Positions 38,346 through 53,900 are shown, counted from the first letter of the stretch. The stretch: DNA of 64,000 bases from Trichoplax adhaerens (GCF_000150275.1 NW_002060943.1:1952987-2016986), one strand, 5' to 3'. Program-made: numbers and translations. Notes: a model not told the origin generated them from the sequence alone.

Positions 38346-41300
38346 TTATTTATGGATACTTAATGCTCTACGTAAATCTTTTACTGTAGTCACGGTAAAT
38401 TTGGAAGTGGTCGATAATTTTGGTCGACCTTCATGATGACGAAGTAATTGTGAAGCAATAGAATCATCACATGTTAAATTATTGACTTCTAGCTTTCCCA
38501 GTGTATCATTCGGTGTTAGCACTTGACCATTTCCGTTACTAAAAGCAAGATGATAGGAAGAAATATCTTAAAGCCTGATAGATACAACCTAAGAATCCTT
38601 GCCTATAAGTTAACTAATGCGATATTTAAAAATAATGAAAATTTACCTGAATTGACGATGTGTTCGATGAGAATAGGATGACTTGTCTGTTCTTATTTTT
38701 GTCTGATCTCCAGTATCCCCATTCGTCTTTCTAATATTCACTTCACGCACAGATACTCCGGTTGAGTCATTAGAAATATTTCGATAGGAGGCTGGTCTAT
38801 GAGATGGTCTATAATTATATTTTTGGCCGGAATCACGAGAATTGAGAGTTACATTCTAAAAAAGAAATAAGAAAAGTCGATTAGTTAGTGACCTAAAGTT
38901 ATAAAATAGAGGTTAATGTGTTTGGTGTAGCAAATCCTTGACAGTGTTTGAAAATAATTATACCCTCGATCTACTGTGTAGTTCATTAGAACGATATGCT
39001 CTATTTTATAATGCAGAGTTAATCGTATTTTTATTACCTTGACCATTGGATCTTTCTGTAGCTGGAGATCGACTGTCATTTTCCCATTTCGTCCAGCTGT
39101 AGCGGCACGATTACCAAATTCATTGCGGGTAGAGCGATTATTGCTTCCGTTTTTGATGTCTAGTAAATCTAGATCAATATTAAAAAGAACTAAAAATTAG
39201 TCTAATACCAAAAATTCAAATTAGAAGAGCTATCCCTCTGTACTACGCTCATCATTCATATAATGCTAGTATGGCAACACCGAATAAAGCTGAGCAAGTG
39301 TTCATAACAACTTACCTCCATCGATCATTTCATGTCGGGTATCTTCACCTCGCCGCAATGCAGGTGCACTCTTTCCTCGTAAGCAATGCGCTCCATAGGC
39401 GCTCAAGCTACGACTATAAGCAGTTGGAGGAATTGTACTATGTTCTATTTGAGTTGGAATTTCTTGCACTGATAATACTGGTGGTGGCGGAACACTACAT
39501 TACAGAAAGGAATGAAAGAGTTAAGGTTCGATTATAGTTTATTCGAATCCATATTTTCAATATAAGTATTCCATTCTAGGTAATCACTTACTTCCGTAAT
39601 AATGATTCAATATCTCCAAATGAATTTATATTATGAATACGATTCGATTGCGGCCGTTGAGAGTTGCGATCTAGAGCTTTAAATATATACAGATAAGAAG
39701 CAATCAGTAATTAAAAATCATTTGCATTTACTAGTAAGAAGATAGCGCCTATCATTATTTCATTAGCCAGAAAAAATACTAAATAGTGACTACGTTGGTA
39801 TTGCAAGTAACTACCATCTAAAACAGCCCATTGTCCAGAAAATGAACGTCGACTCGTATCATAAGGATAGAGCATGAACTTGTAATCAAATTATAACCTT
39901 CAACTACTCAAATTACTTTAATTAATCGGTCTAACAGATTAACGTAAAATAATATTTAATAATATTCTTCACGGTAGTGTAACAAATAAATTCATTTATC
40001 AATCTACTATCGCGGCTCAAAAACAAAATATCCTGTTGATTGAAAATTTCTTAAGATAGAATGATTAAAGACTGTATATAAATATTCTCTAATAACATTG
40101 GTACAGCATATTATTCTAAATTGTATCTTGATTATTATTATAAAGTAAAGTGTACCATAAGTAGGCTGCACATCTAGTTCGTTATAGTTTAAAATAGATA
40201 CTAGATACTTATTATCAAGGTGAAGTTTTTAAGAAATGAGATAACTTCATAAATTGCAAAGAGATTATAAATATCATATGACGATAATGAATTCTTAATC
40301 CTCAAATAGTTATTAATAGTTATTGCCTTACGTCCACTATTAATTTACAAAATCGATATTGCAATAAAAATATCATGATCTGTTCCTAATAAGGTATGAT
40401 TAGAGATATCACAATTGTCAAGCCAAACCAACATTAATCGACTGAGAAAAGCAAAACGGTTATTCTATATACCTTTATTTTGTTTTATTCTTGATTGAGC
40501 AGGTAGTTTTAAATTCTGTAATTCCTAGCAAATAATGGTTGAGTTATCAAGTAAAATGATAATTCATAACGTTTAGCAATTTTGAATAATGAATTAGAAA
40601 TAAATTAATTTATGTGTTTACTCTCTTAGCGGCTCGTTCCTCCAAACGCTCTTGTATATAAATGGGAACACCATCCGCTTTTCTATCACTTTTACCGTTT
40701 TCTCTTCTGAAAACAAATCTCTGAAAAAAATTATATCCGAAAATTTTCTCATCTTAATAATTTTTACATAAAGTTAATTAATTATTCAACTTCACAAATG
40801 AGATTTTTAGTTGGCAGTGAGCGCTTTAAAATCTTATTAGACCAGTATTTACTTTTAATTTTCCATTATGTCCATTGGAAGGTTTAAATTCTATCGCTAC
40901 GAGTTTTGTACTTTCAGTTGAGTCATTCTGAATTAATTTTCATGTTAGACGTTAAATAGAATTCAATTATTTCTACTAATTCGATTTGATGATAAAATAT
41001 TAAACCTTTTGGCGCATCATCGGATCTGCTGTATAAGGCCTAATTTGAGAGTGTTGGTTTCGCCTTTGGCTTCGCTCTTTTCTACTACGTAACTTCTTAA
41101 CCTTCATAGAAATTAAAATCAGTTAGCGTAATATACGACTAACTTTCTATACTTTAAAGGGATATATATTAATTATTTTCTACATTTGTACGAGATTGAG
41201 ACGCTATCCACGATTTTTGCTCTAAAATACCTTTTTTCCGTCGGAGACAACTAAATTGACAATGGAACCATCCGATAGTGAGCTATTTGAGCCTTCAGTG

Positions 41301-44300
41301 CTAATTAATGATTTAAAATTTGAAATTAATGATTGCATTTCTTATCCTAAACTAACATAATTACTTTTACAACACTAGCGTATAAATGATATCCGCCAAT
41401 ATTGAGACAACTTTACTCTAATATCTAAAGCAGCCAATTATAAAATTAATGTTAATTAAATCCTTCCACTTACTCAGATTCGACTTCGGATAGATATTTC
41501 CTGACAATTTTTTCGTTTAAATCGGTATGTCTGCCTTTATCTCTGAACTTTTGCATTAATTTCTCTTTAATATCATCCACTAGGTCGCAATAAATGGTTT
41601 GAACCTTAATTATTAAAATTGTAGAAATGGCAAACTATTAGTTTTCGAAGCCTTAGTTTTTAATCTCATGGTAGCCAGCCTCTTATTATGGATATTTTTT
41701 AGTACTTCAATTTAAATTAAAATATAGAGCAAAATGGGAGTTACTAGTCTTACACTCTATCTTCTAATCATGAAAGTAAACAATAATATTACTAACTCCA
41801 CTTTGTGAATGCAGATCCACATCAAATTAATGAACTTAAAATCTTATAGAGATAAGTTTATTAAAAGCGTCCATGTACCAGCGCTATCACTTTACTTTAA
41901 TATATATACTCTAAATCTTACTTTAATCTTGTAGAATTTAGTTTCATGTGAAGATATTGTAATTTAGCAACTTTAAGAATAAATTTTTTATAGAATCATT
42001 ACAGATAGATGGAAGATTAACTCAAGAATTACATTGCATCATATTTGTTACCTTAGAATTATCCGGATCGCAGTAATCCAATACGGTATCACATAGAGCT
42101 GCTCCTAATGATTCAAAGTCCAGCGTTGTAAATTGAGTACCTGATTTTCGACCTAATGTTGATCCACAAAAGGACGTCTAGATCGAAATAGGACATCTAT
42201 TAGACGAATTTAAGCATATGGAAATGTCCATCTTATCCATGATACTAATTTTAAATAAATTAGAATCAAGATGGAAATATCTGATTTAAAAATTGAAATA
42301 TGTAATGCTTAGGGGACTGTACAATTTGATAAAATAAAGGAATAAAAAACTAATCGTAATTGTAAACTCTTCTCTTTATCCAGGGTATTCAAATTCATCT
42401 AAATATGCTAATAGAACTGCAAAGTTTTAGCCATACCTCGTATGTAAAACTATTCATAATGCCTAGCCGCCACATTGTCACACGAGCTGTTCCCTCCTAG
42501 AATGGAACAGATAAGATTATTGATAATGCTGAGTCAATAAAGATATAAATGGGCTAAGTAGCAATTTGTAATTTATACGAAACAGTAGCAGTTAAGTTAC
42601 CTTATATTTTTGTACTTTAAATTTGCAGCTTCGAAAAGAGAACTACAATATCAAGCAGGATGGAACATTGTTGACTATTAGTCGAATAATTCGTTACAAA
42701 TAATACGACAAGGATGAATTACAAGAATTAAACGAAAACGTTATTCTATAAAAATTTTTACGTTGTATAGCGATGGATTTTAACAGAGTTTTTACGGGAA
42801 AAATCATGTTTAATAAAATGACGATACTCTGTAATTCGTTGCTTGAGATCAAATATCGATCCCAGTTTGAGCTTTATTTCAGAAGCTGCAACTACAGATT
42901 ACTATATTGAATGTATTTCAGTATAATATGGATCACATGTTAATATCATTAAAAGCTACGGATAAGTTACATAAAATAACAAGAACTAAAACACATTTAT
43001 CCATCAGATAATCCCATAATGATAGAAAATAGAATTACTAAAACTCTTAAAAGATTGATTTAATGTCTAATGGAATCATGAAGATAATTGAAGCATACCA
43101 AATCTTTAGCATTTTTCGACATCATGGATGGAAATATTCGTTCCTTCAACCATCGTTCATGACTTAGCCTACAGTCAATGAGTAAATTCAATTTAAATAA
43201 ATTAAAACAGTGATTGCCAATTCTATCTTGCATTCTCTAAGATTAAGCATTACATTGATTGTACGATATTAATAAATATACTAAAGTTTTCTAGACATAG
43301 AATTTGTGTCTTTAAGTTAATCAATTTCAAGCATTATAAACATTTGATGTAACAGGAAATGATACCACTGTATTGTGCTACAATTTTGTCCTAAATTATT
43401 ATACCCGTTTTCACATCCGTATATAAAGGAATTTTGCTTCTTACTGTGTCCATGTAAATCGCAATATAATATAATCTCTCGTTCTTTTAATAGCCTATAA
43501 TAAGACATTGATTATGTTATCATCGTTTTATAAATTACTGTAAAAAGATATCTAAAAGCTCAACTATAGAGATATAATGTAGTAGAATTAGGAATACTTG
43601 GAGCGATACTTCGTATTTCTAAGCTAATTTAGTCCATTTTGCCCTTATATAATACATTATATTTCATAATCTTGCTCACTTTTGAACCAATTTTCGAATA
43701 TGATATACTGGAGGATACGCCGAAGCTAAACTAGTGTTATAACTGCGGTTTAGATCGCGGCCAATTAATGAACAACGGTAATTGCCGACAATAACACCAT
43801 CAGGATTGATCATAGGAACAATTTTAAATATAAACATCTCTCGAAGTAGCTAAAAGTAAAAGAAACATCATGTTAGGTCGTAAAATGGATCAGTATTCTA
43901 CTTCCGAATGACTGAAATTGTATACCAGAGCATCATCCGTAGAGCCGGTAACATAGTCTAAAAATCCTTTCATAACCCAACTTGCGTTAGCTTCTCCTGG
44001 ATGAACTCGAGCTGTTACTATTACAGTCCTTTTTGGCTATCAAGAAATAAAGAATATGTTAAAAATTCAGCTGTAGTACAGTATTAAAATGTTGGATAAT
44101 CCATTTCTTATACAGTGAAGAAATCTTTTATCAATGCATTTTAATTTTTATCAAGTAATCTTACTTTGGCAAGAGAATTGGAAGAAGGTGAAGTTACTGT
44201 AACTACATAGACATGGTTACCAGCGATAGTTTGACATAAAATTCGTAATTTACAAAATTCTTTCTTATTTGGATCATTCATCAATTGTTGCAAGTATTGC

Positions 44301-47300
44301 TAATGAAAAAAAAAAATTGATTGATATGGTTCAAGCAATAATTTCAATTATCGCAGTTTTCGGAAATCGGTATACTTAATTCTTTATATAAACTAACCTG
44401 TAAATTGGAGTAAGTATATGGATAGCAATGAGCAAAGTAATAAGTATCCTCGGAATTATTAAATTGAATTTTCCAAGAGAGAGAGTAATAATTTCTATTT
44501 TTATATTTTCCTTCACGACTATGTAATATCAAAATATGCAATTGTCAATTAAAATATTGACGAAAATGTTTTAAAATATCTTTTCCATCCAGAATATAAG
44601 GCTATTCTTAAATATTGTGTCCACCTTATTTCATTTTTATAGTAACGGATATCATAACCGCTACGAATCCAACCGACACCATCCCTACTCGCTTCTTCTT
44701 CAGAATACAGCAACGGCTGCATACCATGATTATATAAGCTATCAGACTGAAATAATTGCGCAAAAATACCAATAGATTAAAATTATTCTTGTTTTGTAAT
44801 TGAATGATCACGCAAAATCATCTTAGATAAGTAATATCGAAAGCTTTGCTCAAACTTCTCACCTTGGTTAAATTAATTATTGTAAAGGTATATTCTACTC
44901 CAGGGATCGCATTCTTGATGCGAAAATAATACCATTGCGTGTGTTTATGTGTATATAAATCATTTCTTAATAATAATTCATATTCATATGGGCCCCTATA
45001 ATTTAACATTTCGGCATAACATTAAATGGAATTGAAAGAATGCAAGTGTTGATTGAATTCCTTACACTCTGACGGCTTTCTCTAAATTGCCGCTCTCAAA
45101 TCTCGATTCAAATACTAAGGCGTCTTCTTTAACTGGCAGCTGTTGATCAGATGGTTTCATGACACTTCCTCCCACACTAGAGCGAATAAACTATGAGAAA
45201 TAGCAAACAAAAACATTAATTTTGACTGTTTCTAGTCTGATGAATAGACTTGCTATAAGATATTAAACATATAATATAATGAATATCTGACTAACATGTT
45301 TGAGTGTAGCTCCTGTTCGTACATAGTAGACAACATCGGCATCATCATCAAACATTTTAACTGGTTTATTGCCTTCCAAGCGATGGTCTAAATAATAGAA
45401 TCAAATGAAATTAATTAGTTAAAACTGTAGACTTTTTTTACATCAAATAGCAGTAAAGAGTGTTAGACTGTGTTACTACTGGAAATTTTACTTATGTAAT
45501 ATAGGAAATATTCAATACTGTAAGTATATAATGTATAAAATATATAGCACGCAGCTAAGTATCACATTCATTGAAAGCTAACAAAAAATTTTTATACACC
45601 GTTAATCAATGATCAAGTAATCAACTATAACGAGAATTTCTGTTAGAGAGCTATCTTTCGATTACAAGAGATCAAATAGAAATCTAATTGATTTCCAATT
45701 CATATCCTACTGTATAGCTAAAGTTAGCTTCAAAAGTATAATTAGATGAGGACTAATTGGATATTGAATCGACTCATATCACATATGTAAACTAATTGAA
45801 CGGTTTAATTTTAGGCAATTTGAATTATACTTTATAAAGTTCATTGGTAAGACGAAAAATCAAAAATAGAAATAATTAAACTAGATAAAAATAAATTAAT
45901 AGCACCTAGAAAAATTGACTGGATACTTTTCAACTTACAGTTATCTCGCAGCTATTATCTAATTAAATTTTATGACTAACCTCGATTATAATTATAAAAT
46001 TTTTCTGGTATTTTAGTTATAGATTCAATATGTTTAGGTCCAGTTTCTATGACTTGAATCTCGGCAGGCCTGTGGGTTATTTATATACAAATTAATTAAT
46101 ATTCAAGCGATTATACTTTCTAATTATTTGATGATTGAAAATGGCCACAACTTCATTATTATCTATGAATATTCTACATAGTAATAGGATTCATTCTATT
46201 CATTAGCATTAATAATATATAGTTAACAAGATATAAAAATTAGTCATAAATTTTCACGTTCGCATTTGTTTCCTATATATTGTTACAAAATGTATAAAGA
46301 AATGACGGACAGTGAATCATGAATATTTCATAAGTTTAGAGAAAACAAAATTACTCATATGACCAACTTTACTATTATAGAAACATATAACGGAAACTAC
46401 GTACATCGTTATCGATTTAAAAAACTCAATATAAATTAAAAAAGAGAATAGTTTATTAGTTAACGTCTCTGATATTAGAATAGAAACTATTTTCAGCCAA
46501 GATCAACAAAGAGTTGACCTTTACTGTAAATCTACTATCATGGAAATTATGTACATCGTCTTTGAATTATAAATCTCAATATATAATAAAGAAGGAGACA
46601 TTTATTCGATAACCTAAAACACGGTACTATTAAGCTAGCATAGCACAAATCAATTTACCATCGAGCAGGAGCGAAAAAACTACTTTCATCTACTCCAGTA
46701 TAAAGATCTCTAGGTTCTCTCAATTTTCGAATCTAACAAATAGGAAAACGACAATAAAGATCAGCATTTTATTAGTATCATATTGCGGTTTACTTGCCTA
46801 CATAACTGATATTATCTTCTCATTTCGTATGTTTAATAGTAAACATGACAGTATATTGAAACCTAGAGTAACTTTCTATTTCTAATTATTATCTCATATA
46901 ACGTAGGAGAAATAATTAACTTACCACTTTACCATCCCGATACGATAGCTCCAATTGTGTCGTTACTTTCTCATCTTTATTATCTACAAAACGGTGGCGT
47001 GAATGATTACATAGTTTGAACTATTAACGATAAGATTATCTCAAGTATGAATTATAGCAACTGACCTGATGGAGAGAAATCAGATTCGATATCTTCTTCG
47101 TCGAATTCAGGATCATCTGAAAGGCTAAGGTTATCAATGATCTCATTACTTAGGCCATCGTTATCCCATTTCTCATTTCCGGGAGAAAAAATACTTTGAA
47201 TAATTCTCTCTGATTTATATAACAGACAAGTAAAAGTTTACCTTCCAGTTTAATGAAGTCTATCACCAGAATAAACACAATTTTTTCATTATTATTTACT

Positions 47301-47630
47301 GCTAAGATGCAGAAAAACACTAAACGGAGTCTAGTAAATACTAAACCCATTAAAAATCGAACTGAAAGAGATCACCTGTGTTACTATTGACTGCCATAGC
47401 GTACAACTAATTAAATTTTCTGCTGTTACCAATATTTATCATAGAAATTTACTATCTACTTATTTAAATATATACAGTATAATACCATCTTGTAGACAGA
47501 GAATGAGAAAAAAGATGGCAAAATGGCATTGTCTAAATTAATTGATTAATTAATTAAAACAATTCAAATCACCTGCTGTATGAAAATCGTAACCTTCTGC
47601 ACACTTTTTCATAAAATATTTATAAGGAGT
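38346..47630 (-). CDS. AGBL2: Cytosolic carboxypeptidase (M14D, CCP2/CCP3 = AGBL2/3-like; tubulin deglutamylase), many short exons, 5' end uncertain
   Basis: Spliced exons give [21 protein letters not shown] (~45080-45120), [24 protein letters not shown] (Zn ligands, ~44000), PMINPDG, GRDLNR, DLHGHS, NSFTYE (catalytic Glu, ~42440) and YCDPD. A low-complexity C-terminal tail ends at TAA 38346-38348. AGBL2 versus AGBL3 cannot be resolved. Confidence 0.88.
46367..46615. repeat. Degenerate intronic direct duplication (~90 bp units)
   Basis: 'ggaaactacgtacatcgt...ctcaatataaat.aaa...tttatt' at ~46390-46460 versus 'ggaaattatgtacatcgt...ctcaatatataataaa...tttatt' at ~46540-46610. Confidence 0.55.
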
Positions 47631-50072
47631 CTATAATTTAAGATGGAAATAAGCCATACTTAGTATACAATGCGAATTTGTTTTATGTTTGTTAAGGGTA
47701 TCAAGTACGACTATGGCGAAAAATTATTAGTGTTTTAGCTGTTGATACCAGCAGCTGTTACAGTGATAGAAAGAAAAGTATGTTCTAGGTTATTTGACCG
47801 AGTTTTAATTAGTAACTAGTTATGGTCATATATTGTAACTCACGTTCTATCATAAAATAAATGTATAGAATTCATCTTATAGTACGTTTAACCCTTTTTT
47901 GCTAGATATTGGCGTATATAACGATTAGAAGGTAAAGCTTGTTTAGTTCTATTTGATTAATTCGGTTTATAACTAATTATTGTAGTATAAGACTATCTTT
48001 GATGAATCTTGTGCCGATGAAAGATAAATATGCCTCTCCTACAACTTTCCCCATTTGTTCAAGTATAACAGTTATTCGAAAAAACTACGTGTTAATTTTG
48101 TTTAATCGGCCACGGGCGATAGTTGATTGTTGTAGCATTAAGATATTGCCAATTCATCTTCTGTATACGACACTGAGGAATAGATCTTATCATAACCTAT
48201 CAGCTTTAGCCTATTCTCTTCTGGATATTCATGATTGCAGTAGCTAAAAATTAGCAACATTAAACCGAAAGTACTGCAATTTCTAGGAGATAGGATAGTT
48301 TGAAAAATTTATTACTTCTATAAATCACTACATATTAGGAAGGTTCGAATGGAAGCTATTAGTATTCAAGAAATAGACCAAAAAGAAATTAAGGCGGTCA
48401 ACATCCGCATATTAGTAACGCTATAGCCAATTACATGTCAAGAAGATTTAAATCAAAACTACTAATTTTCAAATAATAGACCAAAGAGAAGTTAAGGTGA
48501 TCGGTTTCCCCATCTCAGCAATATCTTAGCTAAGATACTATTTCAAGAAGTAGATTAATAGGCACGGTATCTTAGATCTATCAGCATTCAATTTTTGCAA
48601 TATTAAAACTGAAAACTAATGTGATTTCCAAGAAACAGGCCAAGAACAATATTAACTTGACTAGATAAGTATTTTTAGCAATACTAAATTTAACGATACC
48701 AGTATGGTTCTCAAAAAGTAAATCATGACCCACAGCAGTCCCCTTAATATCCTCCTCTAGCAATATAAGGTAAAATGTCAACCGTATGTACGAATATTTT
48801 CAAATAGATCTAAAAATGTGCTTGGTATCTACCTTCAACAATATTGAAATAAAATTCAAATTTTTCATAGGCATTAAATTAAAAGAGACGGTGTTGCACT
48901 GCTATATACTTTGGTAAATTCGAAAATTTAAAAGACTTTGTCGTCAAAGTAGCAGCCAAAATTTTTTGTAATAAAGACAGAAAATTAATTAACTTGGATT
49001 TAAGGTACTGTACATTTGTCAAATCCCAACCGATTGAATTATCCATATAATGTTACAACCAATACATTCATAAATGAGATTCCACACCTTTGATTGATAA
49101 ATTACAGTAAATGATCTAAACATGATATAAAATTAGACAAATCCAATGCTAGTAAAGTTTCCTTAATGGGATTATTCAGAAATGAATAAACTAAAGTATT
49201 CATGCTGTTTGCTAAATTTAATCAGCAGTGGATTAAACTGGAAGTAAAGTAGCAGTAAACAATAATGACTTTCGTATAGAAATTAATTATTTTATAAACT
49301 CATAACGTCAGTTAGACTACATTCAGTAAACTACTATTACCAAGGCAATACAAGCTTGGAAAGAGTCATTTTGATCTTTTTAAGCATATTTACCGCAAAA
49401 CCAACTGACTAGTCTTAAAAACTACTTTATTGGCAGCACTAATCTTGATGTTGTTCGACAGTTTGATTGAATTAAGTCTGCACAATATTGATCAACTCCT
49501 ATTTAATATCTCATCCTACGTACTATCAAATTACGAACCAAAACAGATTCATCTTGATTCAATTCTTCATCCATTGCCTTTCAACGAATAGTAGTTGCCC
49601 TTAGCTGTAATGGACGACCGCTATGGGTTAAGTGGCCTGAATATGTTTCGCACAATGCGATAGGTAATGAAGGTTTGTCCAAATTGTTAACTACAGGAAT
49701 GGCAAAGAATCTCAATGACAACCAATCTGCATGATTATCCAAATGGTATTAATCCAACTGAAGTCCATTGAATTGTAAGATCTGGGTAGGCAGGAACAGT
49801 CTCGATTTCAGAATCAATCCAATTCTGATTCTATACTGATGTAATACGTTTGCAACAACTCTGACAATTGACTTTAATTCTTCTTGTTAGCAACTTATAT
49901 TTTACTATTCAAGTATGCTATCATCTCCATACCTAGATGGACATTGGAAATGGGTAAATAACCTTTCAGTGCTTATTAAATCTCTGTTATGTTATACTAA
50001 TAACTTAGACAGCGAGCTCTAGTGTATAATGTCGATCATTGCAACGTACAGTATTTGCTTTCAGGAGAGTAG

Positions 50073-50150
50073 GTAACAATGGCAACGAGAATGGCATTAC
50101 GCATGCACGGTCACAATTCTAAGGCCAAAGAACTCGGTTGTCATGGCAAT
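50073..50150. promoter_or_regulatory. Two RFX X-box-like motifs upstream of the carboxypeptidase gene
   Basis: GTAACAATGGCAAC (50073-50086) and GTTGTCATGGCAAT (50137-50150) closely resemble the X-box consensus GTTGCCATGGCAAC. Confidence 0.55.
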
Positions 50151-50907
50151 ACGCTTGTTGCTAAATTCAAAAAATAGTATAATATCCTGCAGAGAAGACA
50201 ATCATCAACAGTCTAAAGCTAGTTTATTCATGCTCTTTTAATTGTAAGAGTATCGTTATAAAGCATTCATCATCTCTGGTCAAAGGATAGATTGTTTTTA
50301 TGATGTATTGGTCTATTGGTCGCGGCAGACAATAATAGAAGGATCCAATTTTAACAATATTTTATATTGTAGGGAGATGATAAGGTAGCATTGATACTGA
50401 ATTGCTATTGTCATCTAATCCTGCTATAAAAATGGCCACAACTAACTGTTATAATAAGAAAGTCTATTATGAGAGTACGAAGTCATAGTATGGGGCTTGT
50501 AGAGTTTATTTCCTTTCTAGTAAAACCGATATATTATGATTGAATACAATACAATTCTTAATTGCTATAGATACATATCGTCCCAGCATCAATGCAGTTG
50601 TATGACTTTGATTTATATTCTGATAATTTTGTGAATGTTAATTAAATTAGTAAATTAATTTCTTGAATTCATACTACCTCGGTGTTACCGGTCCTAAAGC
50701 TAGTTTACGAGTATATTTATACCATACCAAGGCCAAACTCCAAACTCTCTTATGTCAAGAGGAAATATCTAACGCGTTTTATCATGGAAACTTATACCTC
50801 ATTTTAAAAATGGAAGATTGATTTTATTTTATCAGTGCATATGCCGATTCACCTTCTAATAAAGGTCATTATTATTAGCTGAATGCAGGTTGAGTGAACT
50901 AAAACTT

Positions 50908-53900
50908 TCAATCACTCTTGCCTGTTTTACACAAATAAATTAGTAGGCTTATATTCAATAGCTCAAGTACATCCATCATTAAGGTTTTAATAGCGTTTAT
51001 ATTTTTTGGAAAACGTTCTAAATGCTCCAACTTCTGGATATTTTCAGTAATTTCGGTAAATACATCGATGGTTGCTTGAAATTTCTGTAAGAGGCAATTT
51101 CTTGCTTCATCTTTTCTGTTTTATACGGCATAAGAAATATGAATATAAAATTAATAACGATGGAATTGCCCCTTTGATCCCACTCTAATTTTATTTAATT
51201 AACAGGGTCATAAATTTAATTAAAAATAGTAAAAGCACGTCTGTTATATTGTCTACCATATTTTGTGCAAGCCATGTTCTCGCGACAAATCATTTCTGAT
51301 ATAGCGCCTAATTTTTGCAAACGCTGATAATCTTTTTTAAGATATTCTCGAAGATATTCAACGCTAATCCAATCAGATATATTACGTTCTGTAATTTTAA
51401 ATTTATTTTGGTACAGTATTAGAGTAAGTTAGTAATTCATAGTAACGCTTAATACCAAGAAGTTAAAGTATGCTATCAGAAACTACGATTATATGTACCT
51501 GATCTTCAAGTATAAATTATAGAACTTACCTAGTGTTTGAATAGAATCGATTAACTGCAGATAAATCTCCAAATTGTAAGTTTACGTTTTTAAGCATGTT
51601 ACGGACTGAATTAAAGAATCGCCCCGAGGAGGAAAAAATCTAAAAAGAGCGAGTAGAAAATTTATCTGATCAGTGGCCCAATCCGATAACACTTCATTAA
51701 AAAAGTCCGTTACAACGATTATAGAAATTAAGCGTTCTTTTTGGATTATTAATCAATAATGATATATTAAGGAATGAAATCGATGCTGAAGTTGAATTTA
51801 AAAGGAGAAAATACAATACCAAATTTATTAGATAGGGGGTCTTGATTAGAGTGATTAATTGCCATGATATCTTTTATTTTAGATTACTTAATCGATAAAA
51901 AAGGCTGTGTAACAGTAAATGGGATATTTGGTTTTAACAAGAAAGACGCTCTATACCGATAATGACGATCAATAAGGTTTTAGTCAGGCGTTGCTTAGAT
52001 TTAAGTACTCAATTAAGTTATATCAGAATAGAAATAAATATATCGAGAGAATGCCAAATTCAAATGACATTAGTACTGTCTACATTAGCTATGACTATCC
52101 CATACCCTAGCAAAACAGCAACGATTGTCTCAATTTTATTAACGCATGGTTGCAAAATGATATTTCGAATCTGAAGATGTAGACTTCTGTTCTTTGCTTC
52201 TTCCATGCAAGCTTGTAATATGTCTGAGAAACAAGCCAATGTTTACATAAATTACAATATAGGTACTTTACGATATTGTATCAAGACAAAGTGGCAGACT
52301 GACCTAGATCTCTTTCTACTATTGTCTTGCAATGATCTGGAATCCATTGGAAAACTTCCTCGATACCGATATGGAGAAATTTCACAATTGCATCTTCTTT
52401 ACTACTACCATAATTGGCCTCAGTTACTGCTACATTTCTGTTTATGCTATGAATTGGAATCTCGGATTCGCAATGATAACTATATAAGATATTACTTGGA
52501 ATAGCTGTTGAATCTGTAAATTGTTGAATATATACGTTTCTTAAGGTCTAATTTAAATACTGATATCAATAAATCGCACAGTATATTAGCTTACATTAAT
52601 GCTTTCTAAGGAGTTCTAAGGAATCTTCACAACCTTGGTAGTATAATTCATAAGCTCTTTTTTTATCAGGAGGAATTAAACATCGATATGTCCGTAGCAA
52701 GCATTCAACTGACAGAGAAGCTGTTTGTGGAATTTGTTGATTCCTTTGAGCTAATCCATATAATGCAACATCTCCTGGACTTATGATACCCATTCCTGGA
52801 TCAACAGTAACTGTTATTGTAGCATGAGCACCGAAGGGTATTGGTATATTATTACTAATGGTTCCATCCATATAATACTAGTAAGTTTTATTGATTAAAA
52901 TATAAAATTGGCTTGGTTAATATACATATACTAACATGAGCTTTAATCATTTATAGTAACAAGATAATTAAGTACATTACCTCTCCTCTGTATTTTGGAA
53001 GTTGAAAACCTGACCAAATGGGTATAAAACAGGTACATCTTAAGCACTGAAACGGAAGATTGAAGATATTAGAACATCATTTTTCTGCAAGAACTGTACT
53101 TAATTGAAAGCAAAGTCCATACCAGAATTACTACTACATCTCTGAAATTGCAATAAGTTATATCCTGTTAGATTTGCGAGCATCTAGAATGGCAATTAAT
53201 GGTTTTATAAAGGAGATTGGCAATAATTAAACCCTTGACAGAACTATAACTCTATAGCTACGAATTTCTGTATTTTTGTTAAGGATTTACAATCATCTAG
53301 AAATAAATTATATTATTAAGATTGCACTATTCTATATCTCATCCAAGATTTATAATCGTCTAAATTTGCAATTTATGGCTGATAAAATGAATACTAGCAA
53401 TCTTTGACTCATATAACCGAGTTATTACTCATATTTATTGAAATTTCACCGTTATGTATTTTTTTAAGATTTGCTATCGTCTGAAATTCTAACTAACGAC
53501 GATTTAATTAAAAGTCGACCATAATGAATTAATATAGTTACGTATTGCTGCATGCTGACGAAGTTATATCGGCTAGAGTAGAATAGCGGATTAGGTTAAC
53601 TTTATCAGTAAGTATAAGTAAATCCTTAGAGTAACTCTACTAGTAATAAATTAGGCTTACTAGAATCAAATCGAGCTATAAAGAATGTAAATTTCATATT
53701 AGGTACGGATACCTTAGCTAGATTACCTACTGCTATTATTTAAGATATTGTATATTCTATCTGTTTTAAAATCAATGAATTTTTTTCTATAAGAAAAATG
53801 AAAATAAAAATTATGAAAGGGATCTTGTATACAGTAAAATTTAAGAATAAACTACTTGCTTGTGTGTATTTAAAGAGGAAATGAGGTACTAACTTATACC

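Noticed and set aside
45980-46070. Apparent frameshift in an AGBL-like exon
   Set aside because: On careful re-reading the frame is open ([17 protein letters not shown]).
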